Positions 30,843 to 42,550 are shown, counted from the first letter of the stretch. The stretch is 64,000 bases of DNA from Waterburya sp. (GCA_965217895.1 CBDCJV010000002.1:352001-416000); one strand, 5' to 3'. Notes: generated by a model not told the origin, from the letters alone. Program-made: numbers and translations.

Positions 30843-32856
30843 ATCTGGGCTTATAACTGTTGATAAAGATTCTGAGCCAAAAAAACATCATCTAGAAGCA
30901 ATAATTATAGATGTTATGGCTAAAGTTCTCAGAGTTTTGCTTATTTGCTTTTGTTTATGTATATTTTCTTTGTTGTCATTACCTGCCAACGCCCAAACAG
31001 AACAGCGTAGCTATTTAACTTTAGAAATACTTCAAGATAAAATAGATCATCTGATTCAGCAAGAAGGCAGAGATACCATCGATTTAGGCAATTACATTAT
31101 CGATCTGGCAAATCCAGATAGCGATTTTAATCTGCAATTCTATCAAAAAATAAATAATATCATTAGCCGTGCAGGTAATCCTCTTAGTTTAAATTTTAGT
31201 AATTCAATTATTCAAGGTGATTTTCAGCTTAATCAGTTGGGAATTAATAGCTATATAGGCAGTGCCTTATCTTCAGTTTTTACCACATTAGAACAAGCAA
31301 AAATTAATCAATATTATCCTGTCCAAAATAATCTAAACCAGCAGGTGCCAAGGATTAATATATTTCGTGGTAGCCTCAAGTTTAATAATACTATTTTTAC
31401 AGGAGAAGTAAATGCTTCTGATAGTTTATTCCTACAACAGATAATAGCCACTAATGCTAAATTTCAAAACCTAGTTCAATACAATCATTCCTTTTTTGGT
31501 AAAGAAGTAGACTTTAGCCAAGCTGTTTTTAGTCAGAATATTAATTTTAATCTTTGCCATTTTTTTGCGATCGCCAAATTCAAACAAGCAGATTTTCAGG
31601 GTATTACTGATTTCAGCAATAGTCAATTTGAAGAACTAATCGAATTTAACGATTCTCTGTTTAACCAGCTTACAGATTTTACCCGTAGCGTGTTTATTAA
31701 AACAGCTAACTTTAGCAATAATGTTTATCGCGATCGCCTGGTTTTTGCTAAGAGCAAATTTTTAGATTCAGTACTTTTTATTAATACGACCTTTGAAAAA
31801 AATATTACTTTTCGTGATAGTTATGCTAACTTCTTAATTAATCTACAGGATGCTCACTTACTTGATCGTCTAGACTTTAGCAACGCTTTTTTTACACCGA
31901 AAGCAAATATTAATACATCTGGACTAGCCTTTGATAGTGCAGATGCTAAATTGATTGGCGAAACCAACATTATTGGCAAATATATCAACGTAAATCGTTT
32001 AGAAGGTAATGAAACTGTCTTGCGAAATTTGATTCGTAACTTTCGTAGTTTAGAACAAATAACTGATGCGAATCGGCTTGAATATAAAAGAGAAAAACTC
32101 AGAGCCAAACAATTAAGTGAGCTAATAACTAAAACATCGTGGCAAAAAATATTAACCTGGAGTTGGCTAGGTTTAATTCCACAATGGTTGGGCTTAAATT
32201 TATTATTGCTCCTAGGAGACTATGGCACAAATATAAATTTACTATTTAGTCTTGGCATGATGGCGATCGCTTTTTTTAGCGTTTTATTCTGGTTTATCGA
32301 TCGCTATCGTCCTCATATTTCCCAGCCAATTATACCCAATCGCTACGAAATCATAGTTATGGCTATCAGCTATCTTAGCTTGACTAGTCTGAGTATAGTT
32401 AACATTTTTATTACTACAGAACGACCTTGGCTAACTTTACTATGTATCAGCATTATCTTCTTACCAATACCAGCATTAATTACAGGTTTGATTTATAAAC
32501 AGGGGAGATATCACAATCTGTTAAATACTACCTATTTTGTCGAAGATGGCTCGTTTAGAGAATTTAGGCTCTTATTAGGGCGTTTACCAATTATGCCTCG
32601 ATTTCCCTTTTTTCGCGATCGCTACCAGCCTATCTTGTGGCATAGGCGTTGGAGTTGGCTCAACTATTACAACTTGAGCTTAAACAATATTTTCAAGCTA
32701 GGATTTAATGATATTCGTCTGCGAGATCGATATCTTCCTGGACTAATCTCTACCTTGGTTTGGTATCAATGGTGTTTGGGAGTTTTATATATTATTCTGC
32801 TACTGTGGACTCTTTCTCGAACTATTCCTGGCTTAAATCTCTTGATCTATTTTTAA
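30829..32856 (+). CDS. Pentapeptide-repeat membrane protein
   Basis: xxDFxxAxF repeats, then C-terminal TMs with DYGT and KLGFNDIR; real start probably ATG 30916. Confidence 0.8.
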   Translation: MIFCKSGLITVDKDSEPKKHHLEAIIIDVMAKVLRVLLICFCLCIFSLLSLPANAQTEQRSYLTLEILQDKIDHLIQQEGRDTIDLGNYIIDLANPDSDFNLQFYQKINNIISRAGNPLSLNFSNSIIQGDFQLNQLGINSYIGSALSSVFTTLEQAKINQYYPVQNNLNQQVPRINIFRGSLKFNNTIFTGEVNASDSLFLQQIIATNAKFQNLVQYNHSFFGKEVDFSQAVFSQNINFNLCHFFAIAKFKQADFQGITDFSNSQFEELIEFNDSLFNQLTDFTRSVFIKTANFSNNVYRDRLVFAKSKFLDSVLFINTTFEKNITFRDSYANFLINLQDAHLLDRLDFSNAFFTPKANINTSGLAFDSADAKLIGETNIIGKYINVNRLEGNETVLRNLIRNFRSLEQITDANRLEYKREKLRAKQLSELITKTSWQKILTWSWLGLIPQWLGLNLLLLLGDYGTNINLLFSLGMMAIAFFSVLFWFIDRYRPHISQPIIPNRYEIIVMAISYLSLTSLSIVNIFITTERPWLTLLCISIIFLPIPALITGLIYKQGRYHNLLNTTYFVEDGSFREFRLLLGRLPIMPRFPFFRDRYQPILWHRRWSWLNYYNLSLNNIFKLGFNDIRLRDRYLPGLISTLVWYQWCLGVLYIILLLWTLSRTIPGLNLLIYF

Positions 32857-33286
32857 CTAGCATTATGAACATGGGTTAACAGAGTATCAGTTGTCCATGT
32901 TGCTATCCCACAACCAAGAAAATCACGATCAGTTGTCCAAATTGCTGCCTTTATGGCTAATGCTAATGCCAAGTAAACCAATCATTAGGGTCGCGAGGAA
33001 TGCGATTTCTGGCAACGGTTTCGTAGTCAGAATAAACCTTATGAGGTAATATTTTTACTTTCGCTTCAGCCAAAGTGATCGCCGAGGCTAACAAATTTGC
33101 TCCCACTACCTGAGAAAATACACCTTTATCAATCATCTTCTCGATTCTTTTATTCAGTTCATAACTTGTTTCTGACCAAGCTTGTTCCGCCATGTAAAGC
33201 TCTAGTTCGCTTCGAGCAATTAATTTTCTGCCTCGCACTCTGATTAACTCAGCTATCAAAATATTGGCATCAACTACTAAACGCAT
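32853..33286 (-). pseudogene. PIN-domain toxin, frameshifted
   Basis: MRLVVDANILI...RDPNDWFT, then a 1-nt loss near 32971; the other frame continues ALALAIKAAIWTTDRDFLGCGIATWTTDTL..NAS* to 32853. Confidence 0.85.
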
Positions 33287-33300
33287 TGTTTATTGTTTGT

Positions 33301-33549
33301 TTATTGTTCTTCTTGAGATAAATCCAAAGCACGAGCTAGAGTAGCTTCATCCATCCCACTTTCTGCAATCGCTGTCTCTACGGTTTGATTCAGTCTTTGT
33401 AATGCTTCGGTGATTTCGATTTCTTCTGATTGTTCTACGGGTATATAAAAACCAACTAATTTGCCATGACGTTTAACTGCTACAGCTTCAGAACTAGCTA
33501 AATACTGAGATGCTTTATCTCTAAATTCTCTGATGCCAACGCTTTTCAT
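33301..33549 (-). CDS. Phd/YefM-like antitoxin
   Basis: MKSVGIREFRDKASQYL...VKRHGKLVG; AGAGGA RBS before ATG 33549; immediately upstream of the PIN gene. Confidence 0.8.
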   Translation of the reverse strand: MKSVGIREFRDKASQYLASSEAVAVKRHGKLVGFYIPVEQSEEIEITEALQRLNQTVETAIAESGMDEATLARALDLSQEEQ

Positions 33550-33576
33550 GATGCTTCCTCTGTTTGTTATTTGTTT

Positions 33577-33600
33577 TTTTGTGGTCATTTTGTGGTCACA
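33577..33600 (-). promoter_or_regulatory. Candidate toxin-antitoxin operator
   Basis: TTTTGTGGTCA x2 (11-bp period), ending in near-palindrome TGTGGTCACA. Confidence 0.5.
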
Positions 33601-33719
33601 ATTTTATTATAAATTGAATCATACATTAACTAACAAAGCAAAATGACATTCTCATCTTGAACAGGCAGTTATTGCGCTCCAGAATTTAATTAAATTGCGA
33701 AATATTTATACTCATCCTT

Positions 33720-34247
33720 ATGCCTATCATTATTTGCCCAGGTATCCATTCTCCCCAGTTAACTGAGCAGTTTATTCAAGCAACAAAAAGCATTTTCAAA
33801 GACCATCAGTATTTAATTTTACCGACAGATCGATACGTTCCTTACTCTGCTGTAGACGTGTATCAATGGTTAAAGCAACAACTATCCCCTCTAGAAGCTC
33901 AACCATTAACTTTTATTGCTTTCAGTGCAGGGGTGGTAGGAGGATTTGGCGCAGCGTTGGCTTGGCAATTACAGGGAGGCAAAGTCAAAAGCTTTATTGC
34001 TGGGGATGGCTGGGGAATGCCTTTATTGGCTAGTTTTCCTATTTATCGTTTTAGTCACGACTACTTTACTCACTGGAGTTCTGCTATTCTAGGTGGAGGC
34101 GATCAAGGATTTTATGCCGAACCTGGAGTAGAGCATTTAGACTTATGGCGATCGCCTGATAACTGTTATGGGTGGCAAGTAATTAGTCCAGGTTGCAAAA
34201 CTCGTTGCTCTTTAACAATATACTTAGAAAGCATTTTAAATTTCTAA
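33720..34247 (+). CDS. Hypothetical protein, alpha/beta-hydrolase-like
   Basis: CPGIH, AFSAGVVG elbow-like motif, SHDYFTHWSS. Confidence 0.7.
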   Translation: MPIIICPGIHSPQLTEQFIQATKSIFKDHQYLILPTDRYVPYSAVDVYQWLKQQLSPLEAQPLTFIAFSAGVVGGFGAALAWQLQGGKVKSFIAGDGWGMPLLASFPIYRFSHDYFTHWSSAILGGGDQGFYAEPGVEHLDLWRSPDNCYGWQVISPGCKTRCSLTIYLESILNF

Positions 34248-34365
34248 AGAACAAACTAACTCATGTTTATAAATTTAAAAGTATAAATTAAGCTAATTTT
34301 TGTTACATAGCAGACAATAGATTTTACAATAAAATAATAAGCAAGTTAAATAACGGATAGCAAGC

Positions 34366-36219
34366 GTGGTATCTACAAGTATTCCTAAAAGCTCTCAATC
34401 AATCCAAACCTCTCAACGTCAGACAGGCGCATTTGCCCTAATGGACAGTTTGCGTCGTCATGGTGTAAAGCACATTTTTGGCTATCCTGGAGGGGCAATA
34501 CTGCCTATCTATGATGAACTATATCGTGCCGAAGCTAGAGGAGAAGTTCAGCACATTCTGGTACGCCATGAGCAAGCAGCCTCTCATGCAGCAGATGGTT
34601 ATGCTCGTGCCACAGGTAAAGTAGGAGTTTGCTTTGCAACTTCAGGACCAGGGGCAACCAATCTAGTTACAGGGATTGCTACGGCAAATCTCGATTCGAT
34701 TCCGATGGTGGCAATTACAGGACAAGTAGCCCGTGCAGCAATTGGTACTGATGCTTTCCAAGAAATAGACATTTTTGGGATCACCACTCCCATCGTCAAA
34801 AATTCTTATGTGGTGCGCCATGCCAAAGATATGGCAAGAATTGTTGCTGAAGCTTTTCACATAGCCAGTACGGGTCGTCCAGGACCAGTTTTAATTGATA
34901 TACCCAAGGATGTTGGATACGAAGAGTTTGATTATGTACCTGTGCAGCCAGGTAAAGTAAACCTAAGGGGATATAAGCCCACGGTTAGGGGAAATATTCG
35001 TCAAATTAATGCTGCCTTGAAGCTGATAGCAAAAGCAGAAAAGCCTCTAATGTACGTTGGTGGAGGTGCTGTGGCTGCTGATGCCCATGCTCAAATCAAG
35101 GAACTGGCAGAGAAATTTCAAATACCAGTAACTACTACTTTGATGGGATTGGGATCGTTTGATGAACATAATTCTCTGGCTGTAGGAATGTTGGGAATGC
35201 ACGGCACGGCTTATGCTAATTTTGCCGTTAGTGAATGTGATTTGCTAATTGCTGTTGGTGCCAGGTTCGACGATCGCGTTACGGGTAAGCTAGACGAGTT
35301 TGCCAACCGTGCCAAGGTAATTCACATTGATATTGACCCTGCTGAAGTAGGTAAAAATCGTCTGCCTGAAGTGCCAATTGTCGGCGATGTGCGTAAAGTG
35401 TTAGAGCAAATATTAGACAGGGCAAAAGAAGCTGATTATGATTTTGGCTCTGATTTAACTAAGCCTTGGCTGGATAAAATCAATCACTGGCGCGCAGAAT
35501 ACCCCCTACCTGTTCCTCATCCTGAAGAGGGTTTGTCTCCTCAAGAAGTAATTGTCGAATTAAATAAGCAAGCTCCTCAAGCCTTTTACACCACTGATGT
35601 TGGTCAGCATCAAATGTGGGCTGCTCAATTCCTTAAAAACGGTCCCCGTCGCTGGATTTCTAGCGCAGGTTTAGGGACAATGGGCTATGGTTTAGCGGCT
35701 GCCATGGGCGCAAAAGTAGCTGTACCCAATGAAGAAACTATCTGTATTAGTGGTGATGCTAGTTTCCAAATGAACCCTCAAGAGTTGGGAACGCTAGCGC
35801 AGTTTGATATTAATGTTAAAACCGTAATTATCAACAACGGTTGGCAGGGAATGGTGCGTCAGTGGCAGCAAACTTTCTTTGGAGAGAGATATTCTTCCTC
35901 TAACATGGAAATAGGTGCGCCAGACTTTGTAATTCTGGCTCAAGCCTATGGTATCAAAGGCATGGTGATTCGCGATCGCTCTGAATTAGCAGATGCAGTT
36001 GCCGAGATGTTGGCACACGATGGTCCAGTATTAATGGATGTGCGAGTAACTAAGGATGAGAACTGCTACCCGATGATCGCTCCTGGTAAAAGCAACGCTC
36101 AGATGCTGGGATTACCTCAAAAAGAAATTAAAGCTACTGAACATAAAAACTGTAGCAACTGTGGCGTAACTAATCCTGCTGCTAATAATTTTTGCCCTGA
36201 ATGCGGTAGCCAACTGTAG
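34366..36219 (+). CDS. ilvB: Acetolactate synthase large subunit
   Basis: [45 protein letters not shown]-terminal zinc ribbon. Confidence 0.97.
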   Translation: MVSTSIPKSSQSIQTSQRQTGAFALMDSLRRHGVKHIFGYPGGAILPIYDELYRAEARGEVQHILVRHEQAASHAADGYARATGKVGVCFATSGPGATNLVTGIATANLDSIPMVAITGQVARAAIGTDAFQEIDIFGITTPIVKNSYVVRHAKDMARIVAEAFHIASTGRPGPVLIDIPKDVGYEEFDYVPVQPGKVNLRGYKPTVRGNIRQINAALKLIAKAEKPLMYVGGGAVAADAHAQIKELAEKFQIPVTTTLMGLGSFDEHNSLAVGMLGMHGTAYANFAVSECDLLIAVGARFDDRVTGKLDEFANRAKVIHIDIDPAEVGKNRLPEVPIVGDVRKVLEQILDRAKEADYDFGSDLTKPWLDKINHWRAEYPLPVPHPEEGLSPQEVIVELNKQAPQAFYTTDVGQHQMWAAQFLKNGPRRWISSAGLGTMGYGLAAAMGAKVAVPNEETICISGDASFQMNPQELGTLAQFDINVKTVIINNGWQGMVRQWQQTFFGERYSSSNMEIGAPDFVILAQAYGIKGMVIRDRSELADAVAEMLAHDGPVLMDVRVTKDENCYPMIAPGKSNAQMLGLPQKEIKATEHKNCSNCGVTNPAANNFCPECGSQL

Positions 36220-36323
36220 TTGCGATCGTATTGCCATTGATTTGATTATGCTAGATTTTTGGTAATTAATTGAAGCTTAATGATTAAAGTTAGCTTTAGT
36301 TCGTCAATCATTGGTTCTGAGTT

Positions 36324-36833
36324 ATGAAAGTTCGAGCCGAAAAGCCAGAAGATGTAGAAGCTATTCACAGAGTTAATGTCGCGGCATTTGGACGAGAGAG
36401 TGAGGCGAATTTAGTCGCTCAGTTGCGAGGTGTTGCCTCTACATTTTCCTTTGTTGTTGTTGAATCTGAGCAAATTGTCGGACACATTTTCTTTAGTCCA
36501 GTTACGCTTAAAGGTGAATGTGCTGATGATTTACTTGTTCTGGGACTAGCACCAGTAGCAGTGCTACCCGACTATCAGCGACAAGGAATTGGGTCATTGC
36601 TGATTCAGCATGGTTTAAAAGAATGTGATCGGTTCGGTTTCAAAGCTGTTGTCGTGCTGGGTTCTCCAGAATACTATCCACGATTCGGGTTTACTCCAGC
36701 CAAGGAGAAGGGATTGAAATGTGAGTACACAGGGTCAGATGAGGCGTTTATGTTGTTGGAGTTAGAAAATGGTGCATTGGAGAACTGGGTTGGAACGGTA
36801 AAATATCGGTCAGAGTTCGACAAACTTGAGTAG
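36324..36833 (+). CDS. GNAT N-acetyltransferase (YhbS-like)
   Basis: LAPVAVLPDYQRQGIGS, VLGSPEYYPRFGF. Confidence 0.9.
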   Translation: MKVRAEKPEDVEAIHRVNVAAFGRESEANLVAQLRGVASTFSFVVVESEQIVGHIFFSPVTLKGECADDLLVLGLAPVAVLPDYQRQGIGSLLIQHGLKECDRFGFKAVVVLGSPEYYPRFGFTPAKEKGLKCEYTGSDEAFMLLELENGALENWVGTVKYRSEFDKLE

Positions 36834-36857
36834 CGATCTCGCCTTCTCTCTTTTCTT

Positions 36858-37208
36858 TTACTCTAATTCCAGCTTTAAAGAAGGCATCAGTCGTTGCAAA
36901 TTTTTGAGAGATTTTCCTTGCCAGGGATTTTTTTTCGCTCCAATTACTACCATTTGAATGTTCTTAGACTTACGAACTTTAATGACGAACTTGGATAAAA
37001 TACTAATTCCCGAACTGTTAAGAAAACTTAAATCTTTTAGATCTAAAACAATCTTTTCTGGTTCTTGTTGAGCAATACTGTCTAGCAACTCAGAAATAGA
37101 AGCATATTCCTCACTTCCATTAAGGCGCAACGAACCGTCAAAAACAACGTTGTGGGATGTTTCATCGTAAATAATATTATAGCTTTCAGTTTTAATTTCC
37201 ATAGCCAT
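36858..37208 (-). CDS. Slr1659-family STAS-like protein
   Basis: FDGSLRL; LDLKDLSFLNSSGIS (STAS phospho-Ser motif); PWQGKSLKNLQRLMP. Confidence 0.8.
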   Translation of the reverse strand: MAMEIKTESYNIIYDETSHNVVFDGSLRLNGSEEYASISELLDSIAQQEPEKIVLDLKDLSFLNSSGISILSKFVIKVRKSKNIQMVVIGAKKNPWQGKSLKNLQRLMPSLKLELE

Positions 37209-37414
37209 CTCAAAAAAAAAATAATTTGATTAATTAACTCAATTGTTTACGACTTTAAATTATTTAAATAAAAACTAAATAAGACACATGGTAAATATCT
37301 TGAACCAAAGTCAAAAAACCAAAATAGGTAATTTAAATTTGTAGTTTATTTTTATAACCTGTTTTTTCGATCACCAACCAGCTATTTTAGCCTTTAAACA
37401 GAAAAACACTCAGC

Positions 37415-38017
37415 TTAAATAGCTAACTGTACCATTGTCGTCACAGCAACTTCATTAGACTGTTTAGGTAAGGGAGCAAATTTCCAGCCTAATTTTGCTC
37501 CATAATCATTAAGCATGGTTAATAAGCCTAAGCCTGATTCTTCAGCATTTTCTTCTAAAGCATTTTTTTCAAGTTGAGCAAGATATAGCTCTTGAGGATC
37601 GGCCTGAAGCAAAAATTGAATATGATTTTGAAAGTGTTTAGTTTGTTCAGCCTGTATGCTGTTGGTTAGTTGAAAAGTAATTAAGTTTGGATTGAGATGA
37701 ATTTGAATACTAACTGGAAGTGGCGACATTTCTACGCCGTATTTCATCGCATTTTCTAATAGTTCATTGGCAATATAGCTAACGGCACTTTTTACTTCAG
37801 CTTGCTTATCAGAATCTGGCTGGCGATCATCATTACCCAGAAAAAAGGTGCTGAGATAATCAGCCAAGAAATCTGCCGACAAACAATTATTACGCCATCT
37901 CTGACGTAGAGGAATAGAGCCTGGAGAAAAGCTGAGGATCAAGTACTCTTGACTAGAAGATAAATCTTGAATAAAGTCTCCCAGTATCTTTTCCATAGCA
38001 ATGTTACTAGTGTTCAT
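37415..38017 (-). CDS. Slr1658-family (SiaB/anti-sigma-kinase-like) HATPase protein
   Basis: RWRNNCLSADFLADY; ANELLENAMKY; SGLGLLTM. Confidence 0.8.
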   Translation of the reverse strand: MNTSNIAMEKILGDFIQDLSSSQEYLILSFSPGSIPLRQRWRNNCLSADFLADYLSTFFLGNDDRQPDSDKQAEVKSAVSYIANELLENAMKYGVEMSPLPVSIQIHLNPNLITFQLTNSIQAEQTKHFQNHIQFLLQADPQELYLAQLEKNALEENAEESGLGLLTMLNDYGAKLGWKFAPLPKQSNEVAVTTMVQLAI

Positions 38018-38062
38018 ATAGATAGTTCATATATATAGTGAAATTTAAATTAACGCCCAATG

Positions 38063-39811
38063 CTACTTCTGTTTCAACACAACTAAAGTGATGTCATCGT
38101 ATACTTTCTCTACTCCGATATGCGATCGCACATCTTGAATCACTGCTTGCCTTATATCCTTAGCCGACTGCTGCCAATTTTGCTGTACCACCCAACATAA
38201 TTGTTCTAGTCCATAATGCACTCCCAAATGGTTTTCTGCCTCTGTAATTCCATCGGTGTATAGTATTACTACATCTCCAGGATTTAAATACACTTGAGCT
38301 TGAAAAACAAAATCTTTAATTGTTTCTTCTAAGCCAATGGGAAAGCCTAGATCGATTGTATCTACCCTTTCAACTTCACCTCCTGAGCGAACTACAACCA
38401 TTTCTTCATGTTGACCACTAAGGCTAAGTACCCCATCGTGATAATCTACCAAACATAAAGAAAGATTTTTATCTGAATCCATACGCTGGACATTTTTGTA
38501 GATAGTCCGATTTAGCACTTCAAAAAACCGCTTAGGATCGGTTTCATTATTTTCCATTAAGGTACGAACTGCTGTTTGCACCATCAACATCAATACTCCG
38601 CTTTCTAAACCATGTCCCGTGACATCACCAATGCCAATAGTGATGCGTCCGTGATGTTGCAGCACATCATAATAATCTCCCCCAACTTCATCAGCAGGTT
38701 CCATAAATCCCGCAATTTCTAACTCTTCAATTTGACTGAGTTCTTTTTCTTTGGGCAAGAGCATCATTTGCAGACGCTGGGTTACTTCTAATTCCGCACT
38801 CAAACGGCTATTCTCGGCTAGTAAACGATTATTAAGCTGGCTAATTTGCTCGTTTGCCTTAGCCAATTGCCCTAAATAAGAAGATTCTCGATCTCTTAGT
38901 CTTTTTTGCTCTAGGCAAGCTCCTAATCTGGCTTTTAATAATGTGGGATTAAAAGGTTTAGCCAAATAATCTGCTGCACCCATTTCGATACATTTAATCA
39001 CGCTATCAACTTCATCGAGAGCCGAAATCATGATCGTAGGAATGTGTCGCCAAGAACCCGAACGAATCCATTTGAGGACTTCATAGCCATTAATTTCTGG
39101 CATAATGATATCCAGCAAAATTAAGTCATAAATTCCCGTTTGGATCATTCTGATCGCCTGTTTGCCGTTAACAGCAGCGATCGCCTGATAACCCTGTGCC
39201 TGAACCTGACGAGCTAGCAAATCCCGATTGGCTGGATTATCATCAACAATCAAAACCTTATAGCTGCTGGTATCTAAAGGATCGTTATTGGCAGCGATTA
39301 GACTGGCTGAGTCGAGAATCAAGTCTATTTCTAGAGAGTTGTCTTTGATTTGTGGGGAAACAGATGTTAGACAGTTAAACTTCGTTTCGGGAATTGAAAT
39401 ATTAATTAAATTACTTATTTCTTGCAAGAGTTTATTGGCGGCGATATCTATTTTTTTGATGTCGGCAATAAAGTCTGTTTCTATTAGAGGAATCAACTGC
39501 TGGCAATAATTAATTACCTGCTGAGTTGGTTGTTCTAAGGCAATTTTTAGCTGAGGATTAGTAACAATCTTATTTAAATCCAATTCACTGTCTATTAATG
39601 GCTCAGGATTTAAAAAACTATTAATCGAAACTAACAATTTAGTCCCACAGTCGCGAATAGACTCTAAATTAGGCAGATATTCTACGTCTGCTAGGTCTTC
39701 AACTTCTTCTATCAGCATCTCACTGTAGCCAATGATGGCATTAATCGGCGTGCGTAATTCGTGCCGTAAATGAGCAAGAATGGATAACTGGGATTGACTA
39801 TCTGTGGTCAT
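38063..39811 (-). CDS. HisKA-REC-PP2C (SpoIIE) phosphatase
   Basis: [18 protein letters not shown] with no ATPase domain; REC LLDIIMP; EVGGDYYD, GDVTGHG, YTDGITE, DDITL. Confidence 0.9.
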   Translation of the reverse strand: MTTDSQSQLSILAHLRHELRTPINAIIGYSEMLIEEVEDLADVEYLPNLESIRDCGTKLLVSINSFLNPEPLIDSELDLNKIVTNPQLKIALEQPTQQVINYCQQLIPLIETDFIADIKKIDIAANKLLQEISNLINISIPETKFNCLTSVSPQIKDNSLEIDLILDSASLIAANNDPLDTSSYKVLIVDDNPANRDLLARQVQAQGYQAIAAVNGKQAIRMIQTGIYDLILLDIIMPEINGYEVLKWIRSGSWRHIPTIMISALDEVDSVIKCIEMGAADYLAKPFNPTLLKARLGACLEQKRLRDRESSYLGQLAKANEQISQLNNRLLAENSRLSAELEVTQRLQMMLLPKEKELSQIEELEIAGFMEPADEVGGDYYDVLQHHGRITIGIGDVTGHGLESGVLMLMVQTAVRTLMENNETDPKRFFEVLNRTIYKNVQRMDSDKNLSLCLVDYHDGVLSLSGQHEEMVVVRSGGEVERVDTIDLGFPIGLEETIKDFVFQAQVYLNPGDVVILYTDGITEAENHLGVHYGLEQLCWVVQQNWQQSAKDIRQAVIQDVRSHIGVEKVYDDITLVVLKQK

Positions 39812-39858
39812 AACATAGTTTCAATAAATAAAAAATTAGTTAAATTACAATCAGGAGG

Positions 39859-40227
39859 TTAAGTTACTTGAATAAAAGTTTCGATTTTAGCTAGTAAGCG
39901 AGGTAAATCGATCGGTTTCGTATCGTAATCATCACAGCCAACTTCTAAAGCTTTTTCGCGATCGCCAGCCATAGCGTGAGCAGTCAGAGCAATTATTGGA
40001 ATAAACTTAGTAGCGGGGTCTGTTTTAAGATTTTTGGTAGCTTCCCAGCCATCCATTACAGGCAAACTCATATCCATTAAAATTAAATCAGGAATTTCCA
40101 AACTAGCCTTTTCTACTCCTTCTGCTCCATTAACCGCTATCACTACTTTATAGCCTCGACGCTCCAAACGTCGCGAGAGCATATCTCTATTCATTTCGTT
40201 GTCTTCGACTAGCAGTATTTTGGACAT
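39859..40227 (-). CDS. Single-domain response regulator (DivK/CheY-like)
   Basis: LLVEDNEMN, LMDMSLP, ALTAHAM, TKP. Confidence 0.93.
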   Translation of the reverse strand: MSKILLVEDNEMNRDMLSRRLERRGYKVVIAVNGAEGVEKASLEIPDLILMDMSLPVMDGWEATKNLKTDPATKFIPIIALTAHAMAGDREKALEVGCDDYDTKPIDLPRLLAKIETFIQVT

Positions 40228-40281
40228 AATTTTAAGGGAATTAACTTAGATACCCGATCGAGTATTTACAAGTATTTAGAT

Positions 40282-42483
40282 TTACGTAGAAAAAATAGTA
40301 GAAATTGACTGTTGATTTACTGAATTTTGCTGACGAGAAATCACTTCATCTAAAAGGTTTGTTACTTCGTCTAATAATACTGAGCGTTGATATGAACCTT
40401 TCTCAAAAATTTTACTGACTCCTCCATTCAATTTCTGACGATCCTTGGCGGTAATTGTTTTAGCCGTCAAAATAATTACGGGAATAGAGTGCCATTTTTG
40501 GTGCTGTTTAAGGCGGTGAACCAATTCAAAACCATCCATTTCTGGCATCATCAAATCGGTAAGAATCAACTTTGGTTCATGATTTTGTAACTTAATTAAT
40601 GCTTCTCGTCCATCTTTTGCCTCGATTACTTTCCAGTTTTCTTTTCTCAATTGACGACAAAGCATTTCTCTGACTCCAGGGTCGTCCTCTACCACCAAAA
40701 TTGAATCAGAATCGGAAACTGGTTTAAACTTATGCAGGATCATTTCTAATTTTCGACTATCAATTGGCTTTAATAGGTATTCCGCAGCACCTAAGGCATA
40801 ACCTAAATTTTGATCGTCAACCATAGTCATCATAATTACAGGAATATCTGCGGTTTGAGGATTAGCCTTGAGAGCCGTTAAAACTGACCAACCATCCATT
40901 CCAGGCATCATCACATCCAAAGTAATAGCCTCAGGGCGCAGAGATTTAGCCAAATTTATTCCTTCTAGACCGCTGAGGGCAGTTTGAATTTCAAATCCCT
41001 TTTTCTCAAAAAATCGCTGTAATAAATCGTGAACTGTAGGATCATCGTCTATGACTAAAATTGTATTTTTTTTGGTAGAGTCATTACTTTTGAGAGGAAA
41101 GCTTTCTTGAGGTTGATTGGACTTTTCTTTATTTGTATCGACTACCTGAACTGGAAGATTAATTGTGAAGGTAGAACCCTTGCCTAACTCACTTTCCACC
41201 TTTATATCTCCTCCCATCATCTGACAGAATTTTTTGGTGATGGCTAAACCTAAGCCAGTTCCACCATACTTACGAGTGGTTGAAGCGTCAGCCTGACTAA
41301 AAGCCTGGAACAGTTTACCCATTTGCTCTTGATTCATGCCGATGCCTGTATCGGTAACTTTAAAAGCAAGATATTTGTGATCTTTTGCCGTGTAAGAAGT
41401 TACATCTAAAGTGATAGTACCGTTTTTGGTAAATTTGCTGGCATTACTGAGAAGATTAAACAAACTTTGACGCACCTTAGTCAGATCGGCGTGCATGACA
41501 TCTAGATCGTCCGCCAAATTGAATTTCAAAGTATTACTATTTTTCTCAATCAAAGGGCGAATGGTAGATACTGTCTCGTTGATTAGACTTTTGATTTCAA
41601 AAGTTTCTAAGTACAGTTCCATGCGACCTGCTTCAATTTTCGAGAGGTCGAGAATATCGTTGATTAGAGTAAGGAGATGTTTACCTGCACCATGAATTTT
41701 GTTGAGGTCGGGAATAAAATCATTTTGCCCAACATCTTCTGCTTCTTCCATCAGCATCTCGCTATAGCCAATAATGGCATTCATGGGGGTACGCAGTTCA
41801 TGACTCATGTTGGCTAAAAACTGGCTTTTTGCCTGGTTAGCTTTTTCTGCCTCAGTCATGGTTTTTGCCAATTCGGCAGTCCTTTCTCTGACTCTGATTT
41901 CTAAATCTTTTTTTTGCTGTACCAACTCTACTTGAGCTTGACGGAGAGTTTTTAGAGTCCGAGAAAGCTTATTGGTTCGCTCTTCGACTCTGTTTTCTAA
42001 TTCTTGATTTAACTTGAGCAAAGAGCCTTCGACTCGTTCTCGTTGCAGGATCTCTTTTTTGAGCATTCGGTTTTGCCCTTCTAAGGTTCTAGCAAGGTTA
42101 CGCAACTGTAGTTGAACTCTAACTCTAGCAAGCACTTCTTCTCGCTGAAATGGCTTGGTTATATAATCAACTGCACCGATCGCAAAACCTCTAACTTTAT
42201 GTTCGGTATCTGATAAAGCCGTCATGAAAATAATCGGTACATCAAAGGTATCGGGATTTGCCTTAATTCTTTGGCAAGTTTGATAACCATCAATCCCTGG
42301 CATCATTACATCCAGCAAAATTAACTCTGGTTTATAATACTGCACCTGCTCGATCGCCGTTTCACCATCGATCGCCACTGCCACCTGAAAGCCAGCCCTG
42401 GTTAGAGTTTCTGATAAAACTTCTAAATTATTATGATTGTCGTCAACAATTAAAATGCTGTGGGAATTAGAATTTTCCGTCAC
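40282..42483 (-). CDS. Cytoplasmic hybrid kinase REC-HisKA-HATPase-REC-REC
   Basis: [20 protein letters not shown], three receivers each with Asp. Confidence 0.93.
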   Translation of the reverse strand: MTENSNSHSILIVDDNHNNLEVLSETLTRAGFQVAVAIDGETAIEQVQYYKPELILLDVMMPGIDGYQTCQRIKANPDTFDVPIIFMTALSDTEHKVRGFAIGAVDYITKPFQREEVLARVRVQLQLRNLARTLEGQNRMLKKEILQRERVEGSLLKLNQELENRVEERTNKLSRTLKTLRQAQVELVQQKKDLEIRVRERTAELAKTMTEAEKANQAKSQFLANMSHELRTPMNAIIGYSEMLMEEAEDVGQNDFIPDLNKIHGAGKHLLTLINDILDLSKIEAGRMELYLETFEIKSLINETVSTIRPLIEKNSNTLKFNLADDLDVMHADLTKVRQSLFNLLSNASKFTKNGTITLDVTSYTAKDHKYLAFKVTDTGIGMNQEQMGKLFQAFSQADASTTRKYGGTGLGLAITKKFCQMMGGDIKVESELGKGSTFTINLPVQVVDTNKEKSNQPQESFPLKSNDSTKKNTILVIDDDPTVHDLLQRFFEKKGFEIQTALSGLEGINLAKSLRPEAITLDVMMPGMDGWSVLTALKANPQTADIPVIMMTMVDDQNLGYALGAAEYLLKPIDSRKLEMILHKFKPVSDSDSILVVEDDPGVREMLCRQLRKENWKVIEAKDGREALIKLQNHEPKLILTDLMMPEMDGFELVHRLKQHQKWHSIPVIILTAKTITAKDRQKLNGGVSKIFEKGSYQRSVLLDEVTNLLDEVISRQQNSVNQQSISTIFST

Positions 42484-42550
42484 TTGTCTTACTCCATTAA
42501 GCCTATATATTTTTGAGATTTTTTAAAGTTCGTAATTATCAACCTGGTTT

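Noticed and set aside
36148..36219. Zinc ribbon at the IlvB C-terminus
   Set aside because: To my knowledge common in cyanobacterial IlvB; not novel
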